The position numbers were made by a program, and so were the translations under genes. A DNA stretch of 64,000 nucleotides from a virus. Its lineage: Duplodnaviria; Caudoviricetes. How positions within the stretch are numbered: position 1 is the first letter of the stretch; each line of letters begins with the position of its first letter. Positions 55,298-63,806 of the stretch are shown piece by piece. Below the pieces are notes generated by a model that saw only the letters and a list, made by a program, of their open reading frames with translations, was not told the origin of the DNA and ran no database searches. The stretch covers positions 768 to 64,767 of the IMG/VR virus record IMGVR_UViG_2835547190_000003; one strand, written 5' to 3'.

Positions 55298-55559
55298 AAC
55301 TCCTCGTGTTTGGTTGGTGGTGGTTGACAAATGCCGCGACTGGCGGCATCTGTCTGGCTGGCTGGGGTGGTACCCGGCAAGGAACGGGAGGGTTGGAGTT
55401 TTACTCCTCGTGGCCCGAACTAGTACGGGCAGGCTGGCGAAGGGTGGTACCGGAGCATAACAGCCTGCTTTTTGTTTGGCGTGGCATCTGGCGCAGGGCG
55501 TTTCCTCGTGTTTGGTCACATGCCAGATCATGCGTTCTGCAGGTGAGGCAGAATGGGGG

Positions 55560-56408
55560 TTAGGCCGCTTTATACTGCGACCAGATAATCGCGGCGAATT
55601 CCTGCCGGTCTGTTTCATCCAGCGCGGCCCACGCATCCCAGAACACTTGACGCTTTCTGTCCTTATTGGACGCCGTCGCCTTGGCTCCGCCAGCGGCGAT
55701 AATTCCAAGCGCCTTATCGGCGGTTATTGGTTTGGTTTCGGGGGCTGGCCGCGCGCTAACCTTTTCGCCACGCTCCGCTCGACTGATAAGGCTTTCGCGC
55801 TCATCCGATGGCAGCTTAGCGAGCGCGTCCATCTCGACACCCTTATCGAGGCTGGTGCCAACAATGCGGTGAATGTCGGGGCCGAGCACCCTGCCTCTCG
55901 CCGCGGCCATCCTGATCGCGCGGTCGGTCTTGCCAGATGCCGAGGCTGTTTCTTGGACGAATGATGCCTTATCCGTGTGGAAAAATTTGCCAGACGGTGA
56001 TTGATTCCCACCGTGCTTTGTCTCCGGGTGGATCTCCTCATAAATAGCCTTACGCCGAGCAATGTGCGCCGCCTCTTCGGCTGGAGACAGTTCCGAACGG
56101 GCCAGATTCTCGTCGATTTCCATGAGCTCGGCATGAAGATCGTCAACGTCATGAACGACGCATTCTACATATTCTTCACCGTTCATTTTGAGTGCTGCCA
56201 AGCGGTGGCGGCCATAAATCAAAACCGCCACCCCGTCGCACAACTCTCCGTCATCCATGACGATTTCGTCACGGATGCAGACCGCCGGCGGGTTCATTAG
56301 TCCGACTTCGGCAATGCTCTTCGCAATCTCTGCAACTTTATCTCCATCAGCATTACGATGGCGATTGCCGATAAATATGTCGTCAATGAATAACCGCCGA
56401 CGCTCCAT
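55560..56408 (-). CDS. ParB N-terminal domain protein
   Basis: SIAEVGLMNP, LIYGRHRLAA, EIDENLARSEL. Confidence 0.88.
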   Translation of the reverse strand: MERRRLFIDDIFIGNRHRNADGDKVAEIAKSIAEVGLMNPPAVCIRDEIVMDDGELCDGVAVLIYGRHRLAALKMNGEEYVECVVHDVDDLHAELMEIDENLARSELSPAEEAAHIARRKAIYEEIHPETKHGGNQSPSGKFFHTDKASFVQETASASGKTDRAIRMAAARGRVLGPDIHRIVGTSLDKGVEMDALAKLPSDERESLISRAERGEKVSARPAPETKPITADKALGIIAAGGAKATASNKDRKRQVFWDAWAALDETDRQEFAAIIWSQYKAA

Positions 56409-56410
56409 AG

Positions 56411-57511
56411 TCAGATCACCTCAGGCAAAGATGCGGGGGAAGTAGCTACAGCTAGGGACCGCCCTGCGCGCCAGATCAGGAAGTGGTGCACGATCCCACG
56501 TGTCCACTGCTGGCGTGTCCACTTGACTGTCTTTTCGCGCAAAGCCTCGCGAAGCGTATAAATTGGGTTGCGACGCTTAAGCATCTCACCAGTACGGAAT
56601 GCGGTGAAGAAATGACGAATGTCGTCTTCGTTCGCACCCAAGGAAAGAAGGTGGAGCGCGGCAACACCAGGCGCAGCAGCCCCAAGCCCCTTCTGTGGAT
56701 TTCCGATAAGGGAATTGGCAAGAACGATGTGCTCTTGGTTCTCGAAATAATAGTCTTGCGCTTCTGCAGGTGTGGCCGCGCGACCATTGTACATCTCGAA
56801 CGCAAGGTTTGAGATAGCGGACATATGCACGGCGTTAGGAATGCTTGCGATATTCAACCGATCAACGCCGGTGCGCTTACGACCGATATTAACGGTGCGC
56901 ATCGATTCCTTGGTGACGCCGTACGAGACGACCGATTCAATTGGCTGGCCAGTCAGCAAGACGCCGAATGTGCGGTGCTGACCATCGTTCACCGTTCCGT
57001 CCTGGCATACAACGATTGACTCGCCGTTCAAATCAAATCGATGGGTCGCAATATCCCGCATAATAGCGGCGAGGTTCGCGGCATTAACTCGGCGGTTGCC
57101 GATGTTATGGACGAGTAGGATCTGCGCGCGTTCTGGCGAAATGATATGCACATTGGCGCGAGCGTCGCCATCGCGAACAAGGCGCTGATGCCATTCCGAT
57201 GCCTTGGTGAACTCCGGCGTCCCACCGTAAATATAAAAGCCTTCATCCTTACCCGCGTTGATAAGGCGAGCGGCGATGCGCGCTGCATCTTCAAACCGGC
57301 CTTCACGCACAAGACGAAACACTTTTTCATGTTCGGTTTCTTCTGTAGCGGCAGCGCGAACTACCACCTTCGGCGCATCTTCCAGAATGCGCGGCTTAGG
57401 AACCGATGTTGGTTTATTGAATAGCGCCTCCGCGCGAGCGCGCTCTGGTGTGTATCTCTTTCGACGGTGCTCAACGGGGACCGTGCGGCTATTGGCCTGT
57501 ACAATCTGCAT
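56411..57511 (-). CDS. ParB/Srx-like domain protein
   Basis: NRRV, NGESI, DGQHR. Confidence 0.7.
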   Translation of the reverse strand: MQIVQANSRTVPVEHRRKRYTPERARAEALFNKPTSVPKPRILEDAPKVVVRAAATEETEHEKVFRLVREGRFEDAARIAARLINAGKDEGFYIYGGTPEFTKASEWHQRLVRDGDARANVHIISPERAQILLVHNIGNRRVNAANLAAIMRDIATHRFDLNGESIVVCQDGTVNDGQHRTFGVLLTGQPIESVVSYGVTKESMRTVNIGRKRTGVDRLNIASIPNAVHMSAISNLAFEMYNGRAATPAEAQDYYFENQEHIVLANSLIGNPQKGLGAAAPGVAALHLLSLGANEDDIRHFFTAFRTGEMLKRRNPIYTLREALREKTVKWTRQQWTRGIVHHFLIWRAGRSLAVATSPASLPEVI

Positions 57512-57675
57512 GTCATTCTCCTCTATAGGTTGAAAATTCTCGTATTACGTGCTTATGTGAAGGGACTGGCGGCTTTCTTCGCGTGCTCGCTGTGTGTCGT
57601 GTTGGCGACCATTGGCCCTCTATAAGACGGCCTTTTCACCAAAACCGACCACCACGACACGAGGAGGCAAAGCAC

Positions 57676-57798
57676 ATGAAAAAGATTATCGAACGTCTGG
57701 TTCACGTACGCGCCTATGTTCGCTTACGGTTCGGGAAGATTGAGTATGTCCGGGAGCACACACGCTCTTGGCCCAATCAATTATCCTTCGAGTTCTAA
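57676..57798 (+). CDS. 40-aa basic peptide ending QLSFEF
   Basis: CACGAGGAGG RBS; VHVRAYVRLRFGKIEYVREHTRS. Confidence 0.65.
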   Translation: MKKIIERLVHVRAYVRLRFGKIEYVREHTRSWPNQLSFEF

Positions 57799-57878
57799 TA
57801 ATGTAGCCGCCAGCACCCACTAATAAGCATGTCAAACGCGCCAGCCGCGTTTTCAGCGGCCAGCGTCCCTTGTTGATT

Positions 57879-57932
57879 CTACGGTGGGTGATTGTCGTTG
57901 TCGGCGAAATAATGTCTGTCAGAATTTGTCAT
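57879..57932 (-). CDS. 17-aa mini-ORF MTNSDRHYFADNDNHPP
   Basis: CACGAGGAG leader 7 nt upstream of ATG. Confidence 0.4.
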   Translation of the reverse strand: MTNSDRHYFADNDNHPP

Positions 57933-57993
57933 TGTGTTTCTCCTCGTGTTTTCTAGCTGGTCAGTCTTGGGGCTAATTAAATCTTCAGGCTAG

Positions 57994-58029
57994 CTATCTG
58001 TCCGGCTTTGGTAACTCCGGCTTCTGCAT
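57994..58029 (-). CDS. 11-aa mini-ORF MQKPELPKPDR
   Basis: Strong AAAAGGAGG RBS; first ORF after the leftward promoter. Confidence 0.4.
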   Translation of the reverse strand: MQKPELPKPDR

Positions 58030-58080
58030 ATTGGCCTCCTTTTCGGTTGGCACCGTCTTTCTGTGGGGCGGTATGGAGTT

Positions 58081-58109
58081 ACAATAGTAGCACTACTACT
58101 TTATGTCAA
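58081..58109 (-). promoter_or_regulatory. Leftward early promoter/operator
   Basis: TTGACA-N17-TATTGT; near-palindrome AGTAGCACTACT in the spacer. Confidence 0.75.
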
Positions 58110-58158
58110 CATTAAAATGTAGCAACACGACATTATTTTTTTGTGGTAGTGATCCGCC

Positions 58159-58842
58159 ATGACTAGGTTTGGGAAAAGGCTCACAGCCGCTCGTTTGGAA
58201 AAAGGTTATACGTCGCAGGCAAAAGCCGCTGCGCTCGTAGGGCTTGCTGCCGCCACATTTGGAAAGATCGAGCGCGGAGAAACCGTCCGCCCGAACAATT
58301 GGCGGCAGATCGCGCTCGCATTTGATATTCCTATCGATGAGGCGGACGAACTGATGAACCTGGACGCTCTGGACGCAGGCAAGGCATCTAAGCTGACAGC
58401 AGATATTCAGCCGGCTCAGCCCATTGTGCCGCGCCGGGCATTTAAAGGCGTGTCACCGGGGAAGACACCTGTTCTTGGGTATGCCGCGGCGGGCGATCCC
58501 GATAGGCTCGTGATGCTTGCCGATATAGTAGACCAGATTGATACACCATATCAGTTAATTGGCGTTGAAGGCGCATATGCGCTCTACGTCTATGGCACAT
58601 CAATGATCCCGCGCTATTACCCCGGCGAACTAGTCTTCGTTCACCCGAAGAAGCCTCTAACCGCAAATTGTTTTTGCGTTGTTCAGGTTGGTGCTGGCGC
58701 GCCAGAAGGCGCCTTTATAAAGCAGTTCAAGTCATGGAATGACATACTGACCGTTGCCCAATTCAATCCGGCTGAAGATATAACCTTTACAAGCGACGAG
58801 ATATTTGACGTACACCGGATCGTTGGGGCGGGCGACGATTAA
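58159..58842 (+). CDS. cI: CI-like repressor (XRE HTH plus S24 peptidase)
   Basis: HTH ..KIERGE; AAG cleavage site; GTSMIPRY Ser; FIKQ Lys. Confidence 0.92.
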   Translation: MTRFGKRLTAARLEKGYTSQAKAAALVGLAAATFGKIERGETVRPNNWRQIALAFDIPIDEADELMNLDALDAGKASKLTADIQPAQPIVPRRAFKGVSPGKTPVLGYAAAGDPDRLVMLADIVDQIDTPYQLIGVEGAYALYVYGTSMIPRYYPGELVFVHPKKPLTANCFCVVQVGAGAPEGAFIKQFKSWNDILTVAQFNPAEDITFTSDEIFDVHRIVGAGDD

Positions 58843-58904
58843 CCCCTTGCCCTTATGGCCGCAACTTGGCAGGGTGGCATCGTAGCAATCATAAGGGGGT
58901 GTAA

Positions 58905-59117
58905 ATGGCATTGCCGGATAATATTGCTTTAGAAAAACGTACTCAGGTCGCGTTTGTTGCGCAGCAACATATGATATTTTCGCTGTACTCAATAGCTTTA
59001 ACGCGCGGTCTAATCCAAAAATCGGACTTGGACCGCGTTTCTGAAGTTATTGACGATGAAGATGTGAAATCATTTATCAACGCCACCTTGGAGCCACTTA
59101 AGAAGGCTGGCAATTAA
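58905..59117 (+). CDS. Hypothetical protein in the immunity region
   Basis: AAGGGGG RBS; follows cI. Confidence 0.55.
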   Translation: MALPDNIALEKRTQVAFVAQQHMIFSLYSIALTRGLIQKSDLDRVSEVIDDEDVKSFINATLEPLKKAGN

Positions 59118-59275
59118 TTCATCGCTGGTTTCGCGTAAGCGATCCCAGAAATCTTCTGAAAGCGGTTCATACTCATGGACCGCTTTTTTGTTGCCATTTC
59201 TCTGCACCCCGATTCTCCTTTTATCCGCCCATCTATTGCTGGCAGCAACAAGTATGCCCTATCACCACCACCCTT

Positions 59276-59319
59276 GCTACTTTTTATTGTTGACTATCGC
59301 TACTTTCTTCGCTACTACT
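59276..59319 (+). promoter_or_regulatory. Rightward early promoter/operator
   Basis: TTGAC-N17-CTACTA; three GCTACT repeats also present at the leftward promoter. Confidence 0.65.
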
Positions 59320-59389
59320 CTTCTCAACAGCACGAAGACAGCCACGCGGCCCGATCTGCTGACAGACCAAAACACGAGGAGACTTCAAC

Positions 59390-59683
59390 ATGAGCGACAC
59401 ACCAAAGAGAAGAAGACCGTTCACCCGCAAAAACGAAATTATCGGCGGCGGATTCTTTGTATTTCGCCGCGGCAAGAAGACTGGCCGCATAGGCCGCACC
59501 AAGTTCCCATACGAACACGGCTCGTTTGCGTCTGCGATGGCAGAAGCGACGCGCCTAGCAGCCCTGTGCCCCGGCGAGACGTTCGAAGTTTTCCAGACGA
59601 GCGGCGCTGTAGCGCGAGGCGAGCCGGTAGATGCGCCTGCACCGGCTGAATTGGCCGAGATCTCCGTAAAGGAGGCAGCGTGA
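59390..59683 (+). CDS. Hypothetical protein
   Basis: CACGAGGAG leader; PYEH..AMAEATRLA..PGETF. Confidence 0.8.
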   Translation: MSDTPKRRRPFTRKNEIIGGGFFVFRRGKKTGRIGRTKFPYEHGSFASAMAEATRLAALCPGETFEVFQTSGAVARGEPVDAPAPAELAEISVKEAA

Positions 59684-60021
59684 TGAAGCGGAACCCCACA
59701 GAAGAACTTGCGAACATCCCGCTGTCGCGCGGACAAAAGAACATAGTCGATGCATTGGCAGCGATCTACCCGCGCCGCATGCATATCTTCGATCTCGTCA
59801 ACCACGTCTATGCGCTAGACCCGAATGGCGGTCCAGATAACGCCATGGGATCAGTGCGCACACAAATTTGCAACATCCGGAAGCGCCTGCCCGGCTTTGG
59901 CTGGACGATCCCAAAGACGTTCGACGTGCAAGGTCAGCATGGATGGTATCGACTGGAACCAGTCGCAAACGACAACACCTCGGCGAGCGAACAACAGGCA
60001 AGTGTAGGGAGGGCAGCATGA
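59680..60021 (+). CDS. Winged-helix DNA-binding protein
   Basis: LVNHVY..SVRTQICNIRKRL..I..GWYRL (OmpR C-terminal-like). Confidence 0.75.
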   Translation: MMKRNPTEELANIPLSRGQKNIVDALAAIYPRRMHIFDLVNHVYALDPNGGPDNAMGSVRTQICNIRKRLPGFGWTIPKTFDVQGQHGWYRLEPVANDNTSASEQQASVGRAA

Positions 60022-60284
60022 TGGCCCGCTGCAATCACAGCAACCGCTACACCCACGACCTTATCCCAGAGCGCGAATTTGACACAGAAGTCCTCGTTGA
60101 CGACGTACGCAGCACAGCGCGTGCTGGCAGTGTAGAGCCAATGCGCCGCCCTGATTACCGCGCCAAGAAACACGCAAAGCCCCAACCGTGGATAAGATAC
60201 GCACTGCGCGAAGCCGTTGAAATGACAGTCGTTGTCGCTTTCTGCGTGGCTGTGTGCGCCGTAGCTGTGGGGGTGGCGGCGTGA
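60018..60284 (+). CDS. Small membrane protein
   Basis: C-terminal TM; coupled. Confidence 0.65.
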   Translation: MMARCNHSNRYTHDLIPEREFDTEVLVDDVRSTARAGSVEPMRRPDYRAKKHAKPQPWIRYALREAVEMTVVVAFCVAVCAVAVGVAA

Positions 60285-60506
60285 TCAGGGTTGCCATAGC
60301 CACCGACGCGCTGCGGACGATTTTTGCACGTAGCAACAACGACCCGCTTGGCACCAGCAAAGTCAACGATATGCGCCGAATTGCGGAAGAAGCGCTGGCA
60401 AGGCTGGGCGAGCACGGAAGATAGCGACGGGGCGGCAAAGCCCCCCCCATACCCCTCTTTTTTGCGCGCTCACCAAGCGCACCACCCCGACCATGAGGAG
60501 ATTTTT

Positions 60507-60806
60507 ATGCGTAACCACAACGCCAACCGCCCGCGAGCCAGAAGACACGGAACAAGTAAGGCAAAGCCCAAAGTATACCGCACGCCAGAGCGCATCTTGA
60601 CCGCCGCCGAGTTCCAGGCGCAAGGCACCAGCGCCGCAGCGGTTCTGTCAATCGCCAATCTGCACGCACCCAGAGCCGCCGACGAATTGCGCAAGACGGC
60701 AATTGAGCTTGCCCGCATGACCGGCGAGCCTCTTGGACGGGGCTTGACGCAGGGCGGCGCGAAGCCCGCCAATGACAACCGTACGCCAGTACGGAGGGCA
60801 GCGTGA
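60507..60806 (+). CDS. Basic hypothetical protein
   Basis: CATGAGGAG leader; ends PANDNRTPVRRAA. Confidence 0.7.
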   Translation: MRNHNANRPRARRHGTSKAKPKVYRTPERILTAAEFQAQGTSAAAVLSIANLHAPRAADELRKTAIELARMTGEPLGRGLTQGGAKPANDNRTPVRRAA

Positions 60807-61114
60807 TGGACGCCGTCCTCCACCAGCAGCGCGGCGTCAATGTCCGCGCACCGATAAATGTCCGCACCCGCAACCATTCGCGCAGACCAGTGAATTGCCG
60901 CGCTACCCACCCTCTGGTGCGGGAGTTATTCCGCGTTATCGACGCCACGCCTATAGCCTTGTCGGACGTGGCGCGCCTTTCTGGTGTTAATGACGCAACG
61001 ATTAACGCATGGCGCAATGGCTATCGCCTGCCAGCCATCGACAAGCTGGATGCCGTCGCGCGGGTGTTTGGCCGCAAGCTGGCGATTGTTGAGGGAGGCG
61101 GTCATGGTGAGTGA
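60803..61114 (+). CDS. XRE-family HTH protein
   Basis: LSDVARLSGV..TINAWRNG..P. Confidence 0.85.
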   Translation: MMDAVLHQQRGVNVRAPINVRTRNHSRRPVNCRATHPLVRELFRVIDATPIALSDVARLSGVNDATINAWRNGYRLPAIDKLDAVARVFGRKLAIVEGGGHGE

Positions 61115-61568
61115 TGAAGCCGTGAAGGCGGCAGATAAATCAATGGCTGATAGCATCGGTCATGGGATGCGGGAAAAGTGTTTAGATCACGCTCTCGCCG
61201 CCCTCACCGCTGCCGCACCTTATATGCAGGGAGCAGCGCGTGAACAGGCGTTGGACCTATCGGTACTAGAACGCTTGGCGAAAGTCGCTGACGACTATGA
61301 TGAACCGGATGAGATCGGCCCGTTTCCTGACATTCAGGATGCGATGATAACCGTTCGCGATCTACGGCAAATCCGTAAGCTTCTCGCCGCCATCCGCGCC
61401 CTATCCTCCCCGGACCATGCCGACGCCGGTAAGTCGGTCGAAGCAGAAGCAGCCCGCACCTTACTGAACGGGGACCAAGGCAAGATTTATGCAGCGTGTG
61501 AGGGCATCAGCCGTGTTTATAAATTCACGGAAGTTCTCGAACGTATAGCTTTGGAGGGCGCGGAATGA
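61104..61568 (+). CDS. Hypothetical phage protein
   Basis: GGGAGG RBS; coupled. Confidence 0.7.
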   Translation: MVSDEAVKAADKSMADSIGHGMREKCLDHALAALTAAAPYMQGAAREQALDLSVLERLAKVADDYDEPDEIGPFPDIQDAMITVRDLRQIRKLLAAIRALSSPDHADAGKSVEAEAARTLLNGDQGKIYAACEGISRVYKFTEVLERIALEGAE

Positions 61569-61873
61569 GTAAGCCAGAATTTACGCCGGGGCCGTGGTCA
61601 TTCCGCCAAAACCGCAATTGTTCGTTGGATTTTTTTGGTGAAGGTGGACAGAGGTTAGTACTCGGCAACACGTTCTTAATAAACCAAGACGCCAACGCCC
61701 ATCTAATCGCCGCAGCGCCAAGTCTTTACCGATGTTTGGCAGAGGTCAGAAAGTGGATGGACACCGATGAATTTGGTCCGTGGGAAGCCGCATTCTGCGC
61801 TGAAATAGACGCAGTGCTCGCAAAAGCTCGCGGAGAAACCCACCCATCAGGAGGCGACCGTCATGGCGAGTGA
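61565..61873 (+). CDS. Hypothetical phage protein
   Basis: FTPGPW..ANAHLIAAAP..LAKARGE. Confidence 0.8.
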   Translation: MSKPEFTPGPWSFRQNRNCSLDFFGEGGQRLVLGNTFLINQDANAHLIAAAPSLYRCLAEVRKWMDTDEFGPWEAAFCAEIDAVLAKARGETHPSGGDRHGE

Positions 61874-62459
61874 AATATGCATGATGTGCAGACCGTTCCT
61901 AAGAACCACAGGATTTCATCCTGATTGCGCGTGGCATGGAACGAAGGCTCAAGAGCGGAACACCCGCCCCGCGCCTGCCGCTACAGATACGGGACTGGTG
62001 ACGGTGGCATACTATCGAGTAAACCGAACACATCTTACGCATATTCCCCACAAAGGGTATGACGAACTCGTCACCCGCCAGAATGCCGAAGAACTATTGG
62101 CGGCGGTACGGGCGGAGAACGGAAAACTTGAAGCAGCATGGTTGAAAGCCGAAGGGATTATCTCTGACTTGAAAGCCGACAACGCGGCGAAGGAAGCGCG
62201 GATTAAGGAGTTGGAGAAGATCAACGCCATCCTGATGGGCGACGACGAGGACAAGCCGCGTTACACAACCAAGCGGCTCAAGCAGGAAATTGCCCGTGCT
62301 ACCAAAGCCCTCGAAACCAAACTCGCCGCTGCTGAAAAGGCGCTGGAGCCGTTTGCCAGACTTGAAATTCCATCTAAGCCGCAAGGTAATGCGGGAGCCT
62401 ATTCAATCCGTCACAAGGATATTCTTGAAGCCCGCGCCGTGCTGGGAGGGAAGTTATGA
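61863..62459 (+). CDS. Ead/Ea22-like coiled-coil protein
   Basis: Coiled coil, ALEPFA..EARAVL. Confidence 0.6.
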   Translation: MASEICMMCRPFLRTTGFHPDCAWHGTKAQERNTRPAPAATDTGLVTVAYYRVNRTHLTHIPHKGYDELVTRQNAEELLAAVRAENGKLEAAWLKAEGIISDLKADNAAKEARIKELEKINAILMGDDEDKPRYTTKRLKQEIARATKALETKLAAAEKALEPFARLEIPSKPQGNAGAYSIRHKDILEARAVLGGKL

Positions 62460-62605
62460 TGATGCCGATCATTACCATCATCTTTCTTATTCCAGTTATC
62501 TTGTTCACAGCCATATTCTTGCGGGCAGTCTCCGCAAGAGTAGTGACGGGAAAGTGGCCACATCAAGATGATGTATCCCGACAGGTATTCGAGGATTTGC
62601 CATGA
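62456..62605 (+). CDS. 49-aa single-TM protein
   Basis: Hand-translated; ATGA overlaps at both ends. Confidence 0.6.
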   Translation: MMMPIITIIFLIPVILFTAIFLRAVSARVVTGKWPHQDDVSRQVFEDLP

Positions 62606-62928
62606 CCGACCTCATTACCCGCCTCTCCAAGCTAGACGCACCTGACAGGGAAGCGGATGTCAGAAAAATCGTCTGTCAACTGCTGGTTCAAATAGAAAGC
62701 AAGATCATCCGCTTCAAATTGCGTGAGACCACATACCAGTTGTCCGCCGAGCTTGGGAAACTCTCCCGTTCGGGCGTCAAATACGGACCATGTGCCGTCC
62801 GGTTCGCAGCGAGTGAAATAGCGTGTTCTGGGCATAGGCTTAGTCTCTTAATGCAACACATTTAACCCAGAGATTCGGCACTTTCAACCGCCATCTTGCG
62901 CGCAAAGGAGGCCAACCATGGCCAGTAA
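62602..62928 (+). pseudogene. Phage gene apparently interrupted by an antisense insert
   Basis: Phage-like N-terminus (MTDLITRLSKLDAPDRE) and in-frame C-terminus (AILRAKEA) separated by a stop at 62863-62865. Confidence 0.4.
62632..62835 (-). CDS. Small hypothetical protein
   Basis: RY..EPDGTWSVFD..TG..GL..EADDL..LN pattern. Confidence 0.55.
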   Translation of the reverse strand: MPRTRYFTRCEPDGTWSVFDARTGEFPKLGGQLVCGLTQFEADDLAFYLNQQLTDDFSDIRFPVRCV

Positions 62929-63172
62929 GGAACTGATCGAGAAGATGGCTCGGGCAATAGCTGATGCCGACATGGAAGATTACAGGGAGTTTTCGATTCT
63001 TTATGACGCAAAAGCTCAGGCCGCCATCTCCACCATCCGCGCCTCGTACCGCCAAGCAATCGTTAATCTAGTTCAAGTGGATAGTCCCGGCGAATACAAC
63101 CAAGGGCTTTTTGATGCGATTGATGCCATAGAATCTCTTTCCGCCTCCGCACTTGGGGAGCAGAGCGAATGA
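62918..63172 (+). CDS. Hypothetical protein
   Basis: AAGGAGG RBS; LIEKMARAI. Confidence 0.75.
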   Translation: MASKELIEKMARAIADADMEDYREFSILYDAKAQAAISTIRASYRQAIVNLVQVDSPGEYNQGLFDAIDAIESLSASALGEQSE

Positions 63173-63366
63173 AGCTGACAGTGGCACAGATACTAGCCTT
63201 GCAGAAAGTGGAGCGGCGCGATTGGCCTGCCGGAGAACCTCGCAGAAGCTGGATCAATAAGGCAACTCTTTCAGTCCTAGAGCGGTTAGGGCTAGTTGAA
63301 GAGCACTTTCCAGACATTTTGCACCTAACGGACGCGGGACGCCAAGACCTGAAAGGCGGCGAGTGA
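63169..63366 (+). CDS. Small winged-helix-like protein
   Basis: LERLGLVE..LTDAGR. Confidence 0.7.
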   Translation: MKLTVAQILALQKVERRDWPAGEPRRSWINKATLSVLERLGLVEEHFPDILHLTDAGRQDLKGGE

Positions 63367-63806
63367 TGGCCCTATCGAGATTAGACAATGCAATCCGAAT
63401 GGCAGTTGTGGCTCATGCAGGGCAAACTGACCTAGCTGATCAGCCATATATTCTTCATCCGCTTCGCGTCATGCTTGCGATGGAGGCGGAAGATGAGCGG
63501 GTTGTAGCCGTCCTGCATGATGTTCTTGAGGACTGCTCTTGCTACACGGAGGGCGATATTCGTTTTCTGTTCGGCGATACGGTGGCCGATGCTGTAAGTG
63601 CGCTCACCCGCCAAGAGGGCGAAACCTATTCTGATTTTATTATTCGGTGCCGGGAGAACCCAATCGCAGCAAGAGTGAAGCTTGGCGACATAAAAGACAA
63701 TATGTCTCCATCGCGCTCATCATCGCTGAAATTAAGCCATAAAATGCGCTACGAGGCGGCAATAAAAGTCCTGTCAGGCCGCGCCGCACTGCGGGAAAGG
63801 GAGTGA
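63363..63806 (+). CDS. HD-domain hydrolase, small alarmone hydrolase (SpoT/MESH1-like)
   Basis: AHAGQ..PYILHP..LHDVLED..VKLGDIKDN. Confidence 0.85.
   Translation: MMALSRLDNAIRMAVVAHAGQTDLADQPYILHPLRVMLAMEAEDERVVAVLHDVLEDCSCYTEGDIRFLFGDTVADAVSALTRQEGETYSDFIIRCRENPIAARVKLGDIKDNMSPSRSSSLKLSHKMRYEAAIKVLSGRAALRERE

Noticed and set aside
53536-60284. C-terminal AA alone (KEAA, RGAA, YKAA, GVAA) as proof of degrons
   Set aside because: Overlap of the next gene's GGAGG RBS and ATGA/GTGA start naturally encodes ..EAA or ..RAA endings. Only the NDN-linked cases are counted.
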